Shown: in pieces, positions 11,701 to 25,310 of the stretch
Layout: every line of letters starts with the position of its first letter
Numbering within the stretch: the first letter of the stretch is position 1
DNA from: Strigamia acuminata
Lineage: Eukaryota
Assembly: GCA_949358305.1 (NCBI GenBank)
Contig: OX442314.1
Location: 5,208,001 to 5,272,000 of the forward strand
Direction: 5' to 3'
Length of the DNA stretch: 64,000 bases
Made by a program: the position numbers and the translations under genes
The notes under the pieces: generated by a model
What the model was told of the DNA's origin: nothing
Databases searched by the model: none
What the model saw: only the letters and a program-made list of their open reading frames with translations

Positions 11701-14700
11701 TTGTCAGGAGCATGCGCACAACTCTCCCATTTAATCTCGATTTCAAATTATAACCTTTTATCTCTCCCCCCCCCATCCACCCCCCTAATTAAACTGACAT
11801 GATTTTTTAATTCATATCACGTGACGTTTTAGTTTTAATTAAATCAAAGTTAACTGTAGTCTGGAAGGATCCGAAGTCTTCTGTTCCACCCAATCAATAA
11901 ATAATCACAACTCTTGCGCTTCCTTTCCACCGGCTTCTTCGAAACAATTTTATTTTCTTGTTTACTTTTTTTTGTCTTTACTCAAAAGTCATAAAAAGAA
12001 TGGAAACAAAATGGCCGCCCATAATCCCCTTTTAGTAGTGGGAGAAACACAAAAGGGATTATGGGAAGAAATGGTTGTTGAGGAATGTTGAAGATTGATG
12101 CTACTAACTTGTTTTTCACATTGATGCGTTTTTACCTCGTGCGGCGGGGGAGGCTTGGGGGTGGGAGGTTCATTAACCCTGGTTGTGGAGGTGAAAAATG
12201 GTGGAGGGGAGAAAAAGAAGTCATTTATTCTGAGTGTGTAAGAAGGAGAGAAAAAGTGACAAGAGAGGAGGAAAAAATTGGCTGGATGTGTTTGGCGCGG
12301 CGTGGGGAGGTCGGCGTAAAATTGTCATGATGCCGGAGCAGCGGCTTTTCCCACATGCACCAAACCAACACCATTAGATTGTCTTAGGCCTTGAAAATTA
12401 TCTTGACTGTTGTTGCAGTTCATTAAGGATTTTTTTCCTACTATATTTTTTTTTTTTGCTGTTGGGGGTATTGGAAATGCCGACACCTGGTGCTGAAAAG
12501 GCGTAAACATATTAGAGGGATGTAGGGAGCGCCATTGATGGCAATCAACTGCCACCCAACTGAGCTAGGACAAAGCTGGAGATATTTAAGAGTGATGTAG
12601 CGATCCGGCAAAATGATTGTATCACGATTAGGCTTATTCCTTTGTTTTCGCCATCTGGCGGTGGTTTATTCTCAACGCTTAGGCCTATTTCAGTTCTTTT
12701 GTTGGATTTTTTCCATCCATTCTTGGTTTAATCTGGTCTTTCATTGTTTAGAAATGAAACAATCTTGCGATTATAGCGCCGGCTGCAGCCGAAATGCAAC
12801 AAAGAGATGTCTTTTGCGGACAAATGGCGAATTGTTCAAATCTAACAACAATTGGTTGTCCTAGTTTCTGCAGAAAGTTGTAATATTGCAACAACAGATG
12901 GAGTGCTTGTATCAAGCTTGTACTGGTTGACATTGTGCACACAAAAATGGCCGACGGGAAACCCTGTATTGATCGATCTAGGCCACATCAGCTCCTACGG
13001 TTGATTTCGCAGCGCTAAACAAATGATTAATGCAATTAATATGCATCTATGATAATTTGGATTAAGCAAATTGCATCCACAAGGTTAAATACCCAAGTTA
13101 AGTCTTCGCCAATTAATTAATTTTTATGGGACATTAGTATGGATAGTTCACACAGCAAATCATATGATTTATTACCAGAACCAAATTCATTACATGCAAG
13201 GAACCACCTTTATCTCAGATATCCAACATCACAAACCTGTGATAGTTTAAAGCAGCCATCTATTGACAGAATTAAGCCGCAACGGCTTAAAAATGCACTT
13301 GCACCATATGAGTTTGTTTAGCATTTTATACTTTTTCAATTGTTGCACTCATTATTCCACTCCTCCTCTCCCAACAGTGCAAAACAAGTAGTAAACAGCA
13401 GTTTGCTGAGTGCTTAGTGCACTTAACCTATCTCTTTGCCTGAGGACTGCAAGCTCTAACCCAACTAATGAAAACGGATTTCTTCGTCAAGGAAGGAGAA
13501 AAAATTAAAAGCATTGCTTTTCCTTGGGATTTTGGATAGTTATTGCACTTTCTTTCCTTGGGTTCTACCTTTAAGAAAACGTTTACAGAGTCGAGCCTTG
13601 AGTCAATAGTGAGTCATTGAATTCATCCAAGAGATATTCATTGAGTGCTCTGTGTTTTGCATTCACGGAGCTAACTGTGCTTCTATTGACATTGCCATTT
13701 CCTATTGAAACTTTTATTATTCCTGATAAAAATGGAAATAGAATGGGAAAATATAGACAAGCTGTCAACTTAAACAATCTTTTCATAAATATGCTGTCTC
13801 TGTTAGATTTTGATCCACACACTGCATTGATTGTTGCTTAGCAGTGACTGGCAATATGGAAATGCCATTGTTTGTGTATCCAACAATGCCCACAGATATC
13901 TCCTGGACATTCATGGAATGCTGAGATGCTTCGCCAACACACTTGTTCTCAATATTCACCCGGATTATGTTGTGTTCACACCGAAAAGTTGATTCGATCA
14001 AACAAAACCGGGTTTTAGTAGCAACAGGTTTTAGGAACACCTCGCTACAACAGCTGCCAACATGATTTAAATTTATTTTAAATATACTACTTCTAAAATC
14101 TAAATGTACATTCTAAAAACATACAAAGGGGAAGCCAACTCAGTCTTCTGCAGGCTGTAGCATCATAGCCGGTTCACCGAACACTCTGGGATGTCGAGCC
14201 CCCATTTCTACATTTCTGTTTTTTTTTTAAATGAAAAGAACGAATTATGTTTAATTGAATTTATTGACTGAATCCTGATTGACATTGATTTGAATAACCT
14301 GAAGTTATTGCTGATTTTTATTTCTTTGTTCAGGAAATAAAGAGCCGGAACCGGCGTTATTACAGCTAGCGATGGCGACAATTAGCGAAATGTAAATTAC
14401 CATCACCTAACGAAGTTAAGCCGCTAGATTCAGCGGCATTTCACCGTTAGATGGCGGGATGATCGATATTCCCAAATGAATCTCCAGCCATTCTTTTTTC
14501 TTTGTTTTAAAGAGCGGAAATTGCACATTGAATGGTGTTTGGTGTTGTTTCTCTCGGGAACGGCTATTGCGCACTTCCGGTCGGATAGTAATTGTCCGGA
14601 AGTGGGTTTAATTGCGTGGGGATTTGTTTAGAAATTGAAACCGATTCGTTTGCAGTCGGGCGCACAAATTGCTCACCTGATTAATTCAATTAAGCTGCAA

Positions 14701-15087
14701 ACATGGCCGACAACTAATCCGCCGGATTAATTTGTCAGTGCGCGTGTCCTCCTTCTCGGAGCGCTTTTAATTTCTATTTATCTTTGCCGGGCTCCAAGGA
14801 AAACCCGAGTTGAATGACATTTTTCTTTTTCGCCCTCTCTCGCCTTTATCTCGCGGTCGGAGAACACGGACGACGCGCATCTGTGTAGGGTTTTTCATTT
14901 CCGGTCTACGCGGGGACCACGCGTCGATGGAAATGGGCGTCCTCTCTGGACAAGTGGCTGGTGTCATTGATCAAGCGGCTTTGGTGTCAAAATTTTGTTT
15001 CTCACACTTCAACGGCCGCCATTTTTGCCTCGTTGCATTTTTCTTTTTTCGTTTGGATTTCATAAAAACCAAAACTAGTGGAAAGTA

Positions 15088-15275
15088 AACAATAAAGGAT
15101 TTTTAATTCTGTTAGTGAAGTGAACAGGAGCAGAGGCTTGGTTTAGGCACAAATGAAGTTTTCCTATGTTTATTTTCCCATTTGAACCCAAGGATGGAAA
15201 AGTGGCACCCAAACGGGTACATAAGTAGTATAAGGTTTAGGCGTAAACCTTGGCTTGTTATTTTGCATCTGGACA
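15088..15275 (+). repeat. Dispersed repeat family, copy 2
   Basis: ttagtgaagtgaacaggagcagaggcttggtttaggcacaaatgaagttttcctatgtttattttcccatttgaac matches about 58320-58405 and partly 1918-2003. Confidence 0.85.
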
Positions 15276-15332
15276 AGAAAGATACTCCGTGGGGCCCGTC
15301 CGGGATGGCCAACCAAGCCGTTTTCAAGTATT

Positions 15333-15386
15333 TGTTATAACGAAAAATTCGTTATATCGGGGTTTGTTATAATGAGGTTCGACTGG
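15333..15386. mobile_element. pogo/Tigger-like MITE right end (similar end at 8740-8780)
   Basis: gttataacgaaaaattcgttatatcgggg...gttataatgaggttcgactg resembles the reverse complement of CAGTCGAACCTCGTTATAACG-type termini. Confidence 0.5.
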
Positions 15387-17704
15387 TCAGGCCTCGCGAA
15401 GCCGCATGTGAAAACAAGTAATGACTAATCAATCAAAAATACAAAATATTATAATTGATAAAGCAATGCCATCTGGTGTCAAATATTGCATACGCAGAAA
15501 AACAATATCCAAAGAGACGCAAAACTTTAAATGAGTTTACAACAAATAAAAAAAATAATAACGATGCCATCATCGATTATTGCACTTAATTTCCGGCATT
15601 GTCAAATGTGGGATGAAAACATAAATTTCCATCGCGTGGAATAGTTGTCTTGGCAACGAAAGATGGATTTCTCCATGCGCCATTTTTTACGCTCGGATTG
15701 GTGTCATTATACCTCAGGTGAAAGGAGTCATAAAGCGAAGCAGCGCCCTCTGCCGTGGGCATCATGACCCCTTGAATTTTTTTTTTTTTTTTTTTATATG
15801 TATGAAAAAAAAATCCATTGATCTGGGAGGCAGAATGCGCATGCACCAACTTTCCTCTCCTTTCCTTTCCTTTCCCTTCCTCTTGTGTGTGTGTGCAAAA
15901 GTCTTAAGCCTTTTGATCATATTTGGCCTAGAAAGATTGAATCGAGTCCACGTTTTGTGAGTCCCTCGCGTGGAATTCTGGGAGTTGCGTATGGCCAACA
16001 AGGGACAAATCATGCTCCAGGACGAGTTTGTACAACTCACTCGTTTGTACATAAATTTTTACATCGGTTATGAACAAGTACAAGGGGAAGAATGAAAAAA
16101 GGTACTAAAAATGGAAACTAGTCCAGGAAAAATATAGAGAAGATGAATTTCTTGTTTTTTGTGATTTTTTTATTTTATTTTATTTTATTTTATTTTTTAT
16201 TTTATTTTTTTTTTTTTTTAGTAAATATATTTTTTTTTGTAAAAAATGAAAAATGTTGAGAAAAAAATTGTCTGATTATTTGTCGTTTTGTGATGTGGTT
16301 TAGTTCTGTGTGTAATTGTGAATTTAGTGATAAAAAAAAAGAAAAAGAAAAAAAAATTGGAGGTGGAAAAGCACCCCCTGGATGTTTGAGGGAAGCTTTT
16401 CAGCACTACACTTGTAGCTTGCAATCTTGCATCAATCAAGGACTGCTAATCTCACTGGATCTAATGGAGGGATTGAATTTTTTTTAACAAACAAATAAGA
16501 GTTTCAAATCACTTCAAAGGCCTTAATGTGTTAATTGTTTGACAAATAATTGTTTTCAGAAATGTTTGTTTACATTTTTTTGATTTTGCAGTTCGATTTT
16601 TTGACAATTTTGGATTTTTCATTGTTCTGGTTTTGTTTAGTAAAAATACAACAATATATTGTTTGTTTGTGCATTCAATGTTTAGTTTTTATAGATTTTT
16701 TTTTAAATTTAAAAAAAAAAATCACACAAAAACCATTGAATTTTTATGTGGAAAATTTGGTTTTGTTCCAAACTTGACACTTGGTTTTGTTTTTCGCAGT
16801 TTATCAAATTGTTTGTCACTTTTTCCACATTCAATGAAAAGAAGAAAAAAAATCAAACATTGAAAACACTGTTAACTTGACCGTACATGACCAATCAAAG
16901 TAAAATATTAGAGATTTATAATTTTTATATATAATTTCAAATTGCAATCAATGGTTCATGGGAAAACAAAAAAAAAGAGATTAGTAGTCCTTGCATAAAT
17001 TTTTAAGCCGTATATTAAAGCTCCATTTCCTCAACACCCCTCCCCACCCCACCCCTAAAAAAAATTAATAAATTCACTAAAGTGAAAAATTGTTAATGTT
17101 TTTTATACAATATTAATTAAAACAATTGAAGTGAGAATTGTTGATTGATTGAACAAAATGGCGTGTATATCAAATATGGAGACGCGAATAAAGAGATTAA
17201 GTTTCTTTTCCATTCTTTTTTTTATTTGAGGAAAAAAAAATTATTTCGAAATCGCATGTTTCAATTACGGCCGAGGCAGAAGTACTTTGCACATTAATTT
17301 GCGACGCCGGCGTTCAAGAACGCAGTATAGACAGAGAGATAATTAATTAATCTCTAGAGCAAAGGAAATTCAGATATTGTTCTTATCACGAGCGAAATTG
17401 AATTTTTGATGTTTACTTGTATTCGACTCGTTTTCGGCCGATTATACCTTTTATGGCGACATTTGTCGCATCATCAAAGATGTCATTACGAGAGTCATTT
17501 GTATGTGCACGAGGTGATGATTGCGAATGGGAATGATAATAACAGGAACAAGAATCGATTAAATTAAAAGTGGACCCTTATTGGGCGTCTTGAAAGGGGA
17601 ATTTGATTTGCCCGTTGCCAGGGAAGAGGAGAGGGAGAGTATGGTTTGCGGCGACTAAGGCCATACTAGCACAGTGCGATAAGAAATCTGACATTTCGAA
17701 ATCC

Positions 17705-18135
17705 CTGGCAATTGAAAGTCTCCGACAATTGAAAGTTTCGAAGAATTAATAATTTCTAACAATTGTAGATTTCAGATAATTAATAATACGTATCTAAGAA
17801 TTGAAGATCTCAAATAATTAAAAATCTCCTACAATTGGAAATCTCCAACCATTAAAAATCCCCAACAATTAAAAATCCCCAACAATTAAAAATCCCCAAC
17901 AATTAAAAATCCCCAACAATTAAAAATCCCCAACAATTAAAAATCCCCAACAATTAAAAATCCCCAACAATTGAAAATCCCCAACAATTGAAAATCTCCA
18001 ACAATTGAAAATCTTGAACAATTGAAAATCTCCAACAATTAAAAATTCCCAACAATTATAAATCTCCAACAATTAAAAATCCCCAACAATTAAAAAATTC
18101 ACAACAATTAAACATTTCCAACAATTAAACATCTA
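17705..18135. repeat. 17-bp minisatellite (aacaattaaaaatcccc), left part
   Basis: Exact periodicity over 17860-17990 with degenerate edges; the array resumes at 19026. Confidence 0.93.
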
Positions 18136-19025
18136 AAGTGTTGTGCGCGGTACACCCAACGTGGACCGCCGTACAAGTATGCAGTACATCGGTAGATGCT
18201 AAAAGTATCGCGTTCCCGGTAGGCGGTACCTAGAGCGGTCCCGATACGCGGTATATCGTGTACCGCGTACCGGGACAGAGATTTGGCAGTACATGTCGCG
18301 GTCCACGAGAAAACGCGAGAGAACATGATAATCTCGTGTTTTGTCACGCTCTCCACTATCTATTTAAAAATTATTTTTAAATTACATTTCTTTTATTTGC
18401 AGGAATTTAAAGTCTATATTTATCGGTTAATTTATGTTTTGTAGTTGTAAAAGGTTAAATTAATAATAAATAATCTCTGTAGTTTAGTTTATACTGTTTT
18501 TTTAATTTTTGTGTCTTTGAATTAAATTAGGCCAGTGTGTTACCAGTAATAACACACTTTATAGTGCAAATTAATGTCCTAATCCAAATCAATCAACTAC
18601 ACTATGAATTAAAATTAATAAAATACACTTATTTCGGTTAAACTGACATTATTTATTATTAAATTTAACTTTTTACAACTACAAAACATAAAATAACTGA
18701 TTATACACTTTAAATTCTTGCAATAAAAGAAATGTAATTAAAAAACAATTTTTTAAATTGGTATTGGAGAATAAAAGAAAACACCGAGGATTTCGTGTTT
18801 TCTGGCGTTTTAACGTCGACCGAGAGATTTACGCAAAATCAGTCCGCGTTACACGGATTTTTAAAAGTAACGCGGTCCCGGTGCGCGGTACTGTCCTCCT
18901 GTCCTGTACTTACAAAAGTACCCTGGTCCTGGTAATCACCTGCCACAAAAGTAACGCAATCCCGGTCTCGGTATAGTACCGATATAGTACCGGCGGTTCT
19001 GGACTGCGTACCGCACACAACACTG
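18136..19025. mobile_element. hAT-like MITE (890 bp) with long internal inverted arms, inserted into the 17-bp minisatellite
   Basis: TIRs (a)agtgttgtgcgcggtac / gtaccgcacacaacactg; 8-bp flanks aacatcta / aacatctc (7/8 TSD); 18370-18470 is inversely repeated at 18650-18750. Confidence 0.85.
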
Positions 19026-19245
19026 AACATCTCCAACAATTGTCAATCTCCAACGATTAAAATCCCCTGGCAATTGAAAGTCTTCATTCTCAAAAAATAA
19101 AAAATCTCCAACAATTAAAATTTTCCAACAATTAAAAATCTGCAATAATTAAAATTTCCCAACAGTTAAACATCTCCAACAATTAAAAATCTTCAACAAT
19201 TAAAAATCTTCAACAATTAAAGAACTTCAACAATTAAAAATCTCA
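19026..19245. repeat. 17-bp minisatellite, right part
   Basis: Same unit as 17705-18135. Confidence 0.88.
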
Positions 19246-19429
19246 GGCTAATCAAAATTTTTGACAAACCAAAATCAGCCATTTTGAAATCTGACAAACC
19301 CCATTGCCTGGGAGACTGAGACTGTTTTCAGTTAGGTGAAATGGCCATTTTTGTTGTTGCGGTTGCATGTTAACACGAGCTTGGTGGGGGTATTAAAGGG
19401 TTGAAGATAGGGAATGATGAAAGTAGGCA

Positions 19430-19795
19430 CGTGCGGCGGCGAGAGAGCACTTAGAAGTGGCCAGCTCACTCAACGACCTCGTACAAATGGACGCTTGACT
19501 CGAATATGAAGAGGAGGCACACGGAGGAACGCGACAGGCACTCTGTTGCGTGCTACGCATGCGCAGGTAAAAGATTAATGTGTCAAAACTCTAAAGTTTT
19601 GCTTTTCCGAAAATCATTAAATTATTTGGTAAAGGAAAAAAATATTATTTTTTTTGTCAAGAGCGCTGCGTCCATTATCGAATTGATGGAACCGCGCGAC
19701 CACTTCCGGAGACGACAACCACGTGACAAGTGATAATGAGAAACGGTGACAAGTCATTGACAACTACTTTGAACGCCGTTTCAAACCAGGTGAGT
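19430..19795 (+). promoter_or_regulatory. Candidate promoter / first non-coding exon ending at a consensus splice donor
   Basis: CpG-rich; NRF1-like acgcatgcgca near 19555, ETS-like cacttccgg near 19701, E-box cacgtgac near 19720; CAG|GTGAGT at 19787-19795. Confidence 0.35.
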
Positions 19796-22129
19796 TCAAT
19801 TATCGCTAAGTTGACACTTGGTTGATCACTTTCTTATTAACAGCCAAAGAGATTCAAGTTGATTACGGTGAATCTATTTCGTCAGCATTTTACTAATACA
19901 TTTTTCGTCGTTCATTTTTTGACAGTTTTTATAAAAATTTTAGTCTTCGACAATTTTTTTTCAAAAAAATATTTTTTTTTATATTTTGAAAATCTTTGTT
20001 AATTTTTTTTAAATTTAGAATAATAGATTAATTTTTTGGTAATTTTTACTTTTTTGATAATTTCTACTTTTTTTGGTTAATTTTTACCCTTTTGGGTAAT
20101 TTTGACTTTTGATTGACAATTTTGACTTTTTATTGGCAATTTTGACTTTCTTTTGGAAAGTTTTACATATTTTTATAAAACTTATTAGTAAATTTTTACA
20201 CTTGTTAATGTATACACATTATAATATAATTAACCTAAATTTTTTTAATGTTTTCTAAATTTTTTAAATTTTTTTTATTTCTTTCCAATTTCTTTCAATT
20301 TCCAAAAAAAAATTAATTCTTTCCTTAAATTGTTTTTTCCCACTTTAAAGTTGTGTACCAATAATTTGAGCCACTGACCGACCCCTGGTGGCGTCTTTAA
20401 TGGCGGACCCCTCTCACAACTGACCATTATCGACTGAGTTGGTCAAATGCACTTCCCATCGACTTTCTGGTTCACACAAAAAGGAAATTCAACTCGAAAT
20501 GAATAGAAAGTAGAAACCAACTGATCACCATTTTTTTTTCTTTTTTTCTCTTCAAAATTATATTTCAACCCTTTGAACACTCACAATTCCATCTCCATCT
20601 CACAACTTCATTACAACAAAAATGTACATTTTCCCAATTGATTGTTTCCTCTTTATTGTTTTTATATTTTTTATTCAAACACCGTCTTTTGACAAAAAAA
20701 ATTATAACATCACAATTGTGTCTTCGGAGTACGGAAAACATGTCGTTGTCACCTGCAAAGTGGATTCACGAATAGTAATTGAATATGCCAACCAATTTTC
20801 ACTATGCCGACCTTTTTTTGATAGATTCTTTGATGTAAAGCGCCATCTGTTAACAGTTTACTTTCATTTTAAGCCATTATTTAGACTCTGCTAACACTTG
20901 GGCCCTGACCGGGCCCCTTCAAAAAAATCTTGCTGAAGACATTTTGTGATATCTTGGGCCCTTTTGAAATTTGGGCCCCCCACTAGGCCCTTTTATATAA
21001 AAGCTTAATAACTACATTTTGTGATATATGATATTTGGGGCCCTTACCAGGCCCCATCACAAAAAAATCTTGATTAAGACATTTTGTATTTTGGAATATC
21101 TTGAGCTTTTCTGAAATTTAGGGCCCCAACTAAAATTTTTCAAAAAAATTCTTGATGTAGTTCAATACTTCAGAATTGGGGCCCTATTTATGTCTATTTA
21201 GGCCCATTCATGCCTCTTCACGATATTTTTGGTCTAACTTTTATGAATTACTATTGAAAATGTTCATCTTTCGAGCTCGTCGAAAACTTATGTTCCTCCA
21301 GATCTCTTTGGGGGTCTTTCTGGGTATGGGGCCCTATCTCAGACAATCTTTGATGCCTTTCTGAACCCTTAGACCCTAATGAACCCCACTAGAAAGAGAC
21401 AATTTCCACTGTTTCATTGACTCTAAATGCTTCCCCAGCTCCAACTACCGGCAAAACACGCAAACAAACACTCCAACAAAAGGTCCATTGCAACCATGAC
21501 CCCACTAATTTAAACAGTTATCAATTAATTAATCCACCAATAATACCCACAAAATTAGCATTAACAATGCAATCCAATTCAAAATTCAACTTTAATTCTT
21601 ATTTGTAAATTTCATCCCATTATCCTCTCCGACGTAAAGCAACCTCAGTCAACACTTGAGCGCCATAACTTGACCAACACTTGATTACAATAATTACAGC
21701 GGCATATGAATGGCTCTGGTTGCGCATGCGCGGCCACAACCCACAGGAAATCGGTAAAAGGAGGAAATCTAGTCTCGTATTGATCCTCCTTTCCTTTCCT
21801 TTTCTCTCCGCGCGCCGTCCTGTGGCGATAATTAAAAGAAAACGCTTACAACTGTCATTTCTGGAGGTGGCGATCTCACTCGGCTTTTATAAGGCGCAAT
21901 AATAGCGCTCGTTTGGACGCTGTTTCCAGGGCAACACGTTCTGACCAGAAGCAAAACTCGACTGCGGAATCACCTGCGGATGCTCCCGTAACCCCAAATC
22001 GATAGGATCACGTGACTTGTAAAAAATAAATTTTTTTTTATTTATTTATTTATTTTTTTTTTTTTCAATTAATAAAATGAAATTTTGGGTTTTGGGTTTC
22101 AATTTGATGGAGATTGGTTTTGTTTTCAG

Positions 22130-22194
22130 GTGCGCGCGGTTGCCATGGCGACGACGGATGTTAATTGCGGGAGTTTTGCACCTGTTCCGTCAAG
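22130..22194 (+). other. Candidate 65-nt exon carrying a start codon (ATG 22145; MATTDVNCGSFAPVPS...)
   Basis: Acceptor ttttgttttcag|G, Kozak-like gccATGG and donor AAG|gtaggc; no homology recognised. Confidence 0.3.
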
Positions 22195-22627
22195 GTAGGC
22201 GGATTTTAGGACATTTTTAATTTTTTTTTTTTTGGGGAGGGGTTTTTAATTATGTGGTGTTGGGGAATGAGATTGGGATTTCGTTGTAAATTGAAGTGGG
22301 ATTTTGTTGGTGGGATGCTGGATGGGGAAGAGTTCATCTTTGGTTATTGTGACGTTGCTCGTTCACGTGGAATTCCATTACGGACACGATGAGAACGTTA
22401 ATTTCGGGGAGAAAGAGGAGGATGGGATGGATGGGATGGGATGGGGCGTTTGCTAGGCTGGGAGTATACCACTTGTGCGCGTAATGATGAGACAATCAGG
22501 AGCATGAGTAATAGAAGGGTTAATGTTACATACTTTTCGACGATGGAAATTTTTTAATTTTTAATTTATTTTTATTTTTAATTTTTATTTTTTTAATTTT
22601 AATTTTTTAATTTTTAATTATTTTTTA

Positions 22628-22659
<32 letters not shown>

Positions 22660-22719
22660 ATTTTTTTATTTTTATTTATTTATTTATTTTGTTTTCAAAT
22701 GTTTGAGATGTTTACATCG

Positions 22720-23390
22720 GGAATTTATTTTCAGGCTCCAAATTTGTGTTTTTAGGCTCTCGTATGAGATTTTAGGCTCAAAATGGGATTTTGGGTTCTC
22801 AAATTGATTTTCAGGCCCTGATGAATTGAGGGTATTTGGGCTCCCAATTGAGGATTTTAAGCTCCCAATTGAAGATTTTAGGCTCACAATTGAGGATTTT
22901 CTGCTCCCAATTGAGGATTTTAGGCACTCAAATTTGGTTTTAGACTTGCACATGGGATTTTAGACTCACAGATGTGGATTTTAGGATCGCAAATTCGGAT
23001 TTAAGGCTTTCAAACTGATTTTCAGGCTCTCAAACTGATTTTTAGGCTCTCAAACTGATATTTAGGCTCTCAAAATGATCTTTAAGCTTTCAAACTGATT
23101 TTCAGGCTCAAAATTGAGGATTTTCACTTTTTAGGCTATCAATTGAGAATTTTCATGCTCAAAATTGAGGATTTTCATGCTCAAAATTGAGGATTTTCAG
23201 GTTCTCAATTGAGGATTTTCAGGCTCTCAATTGAGAATTTTAGGTCCTTAGATTGGGATTGTTGGTTCTTAAATTGGATTTTGGGCTCTCAAATGAGATT
23301 TTAGGCTCTCAAATGAGGTTTTAGGCTTTCAAATGAGATTTTAGGTGTTCAAATGAGATTTTAGGCTTTCAAATGAGATTTTAGGTTTAA
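22720..23390. repeat. 20-21-bp degenerate minisatellite (aattgaggattttaggctctc)
   Basis: Visible periodicity. Confidence 0.88.
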
Positions 23391-24364
23391 AATAGAATAT
23401 TTATTTCTATTTTTATTTATCTCAGATCTCAAATTAATTTTTCCCCATAAAACGACTAATCCATAATCATCAATTCGTATTCACCATTTCATTGCCAGAG
23501 ATGGAGATAAACCGTAAACGACTTCCCTTCCTAGTAAACAAAAACACATTTGAAGCCGATTGATTTAATCACGTGAAAGCGAATCGAGTGCAGCAGGAAA
23601 GGGACGACAAAGCGAGGGTCATTTCCAGATCGAATCACGCCCCCTGGTGATGATCTTTGATCGCAGCTGTGGGAAAATGGGAATTAAGGGGTTGCTCGGG
23701 TGTCACGTGCCTGTCAACTCGAACTAATGGCCGATAAGACGAACACACGTGACTGCAGGTGCGTTTCCATTTACCTAATTAAACAATTGTCAACGCGCGA
23801 CCCAATTCCGCGTCGCCATGGCAACCCAGCATCCCATTGAGAAATCGGCGAGAAGAAAAAAAAAGGGAACGCAACCAGATGATGTTAAGTTGAGTGGACA
23901 CCGGTTCGAACGCGTGTCGCGTTCCTTATCAACGTGTATTCGTCGACCGGAAGACGATAACGGACACGTGACCCGTGCCACAAGTACCCATCAGAGGGCT
24001 CTTATCTTGCCCGAAACGTTTTTGGACTATTTCCGCCATTTTGGGGTCGGGGGGGCGACGCCCCCCTAGGTCGACGCCATTTTTTTGGGGGGGGGAGGGA
24101 TTTTAAGGGAATAAAAGAAAGGAGATGACGTTGCTATGGAAACATTGGTTTGGTTTTGATGTGGTTTCCGTTGTTTGATGACCTTTAAGGTCGCGGGCCA
24201 CCCGAGGGACGCGGCGTCCAATCTTGCAACGGGTTTAATGGTGCGCGTGGAATTGTTCTTCAAGCGTCCATCTCTCTTCATCACTCGAGGATTTATTGGA
24301 GGGGAAAATTTGTGAGGAAAAAAATTAAAAATTGGTGTTAATTTGAGGATTTTTGGGATTTTTT

Positions 24365-24880
24365 ACCGTTTCCAGTTTACTTTTGTGTTTGTAAGTAGAC
24401 TGGGAAAGAGCGGATTTTCTAGGTTTCGATTTTAATGAAGGTTTCGAGTTTTTAATATTTCCAGTTCACTTTTGAATACACAACTCAACTGGAAGAAGAA
24501 AATTACAAGGGCATTTTTTTCTTGTTATTGTGTTTCAAGTTCATTTCTGAATTCACAACTGAACTATCAAAAAGAAATCCAAAATTATATTTTTGGTGTT
24601 TTTGTAATTTCAGTTCACTTTTGAATTCAGGACTCAACTGGAAGAAGAAAATCCAAACGAATCACATTTTTTTATTATTGTGATTGCAGTTCACTTTTGA
24701 ATTCAGGACTCAACTGGAAGAAGAAAATCCAAACAAACCACATTTTTTTATTATTATTGTCTCTCTAGTTTACTTTTGAATTCAGAACTCAACTGGAAAA
24801 AGGAAACCTAACAAACAATTATCTTATTTTACCTTTCCACCGTTTCCAGTCCTCTTTTGAATTCACAAGTGAACTGGGAT
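24365..24880. repeat. About 75-90-bp tandem repeat, 7 units, each with a palindromic core
   Basis: Core ttccagttcacttttgaattcaggactcaactggaa recurs near 24370, 24460, 24537, 24610, 24686, 24766 and 24845. Confidence 0.85.
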
Positions 24881-25310
24881 CTTCCACCACATGAAATCCG
24901 CCGCAATTACAGCAAAAATGCTGTCAAACGCCAACGACAGCACTAGTAGGGCAATTCAAAATGTAAACACAGATGGTTGCAGCTGATAAAAAGCAAGACT
25001 AATCAGGTGGGATGATTTGTCGAGGCGCGCACGCACTCTATCGGCAATTTCCTTATCGTAGTGCAGCAGTAGGCATGCGCATTTAACAGCAACAATAGAT
25101 AGCGTTTTAGTGATTACGAATGCTAGACCTCCGACACACACACACACTCTCTCTCTCTCTCTAATTGTGGATCGCGGTCCGGTGGGAACGTGTTCACGTC
25201 CCTTTAAATTGAATGCGATTCGCTGGTGCGTTTATAACACCTCGAATGGAACTTGGCCAGGTGGAAATACAAAATTGACGGCCATTCACGAAATGACGTT
25301 ACCAAATGGA

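Noticed and set aside
13583..14040. Adjacent 79-85-aa ORFs as a transposase relic
   Set aside because: No catalytic or family motif could be recognised.
24365..24880. CRISPR array
   Set aside because: The linkers are related to each other and low complexity, the repeats are degenerate, no cas genes are present, and the context is eukaryotic.
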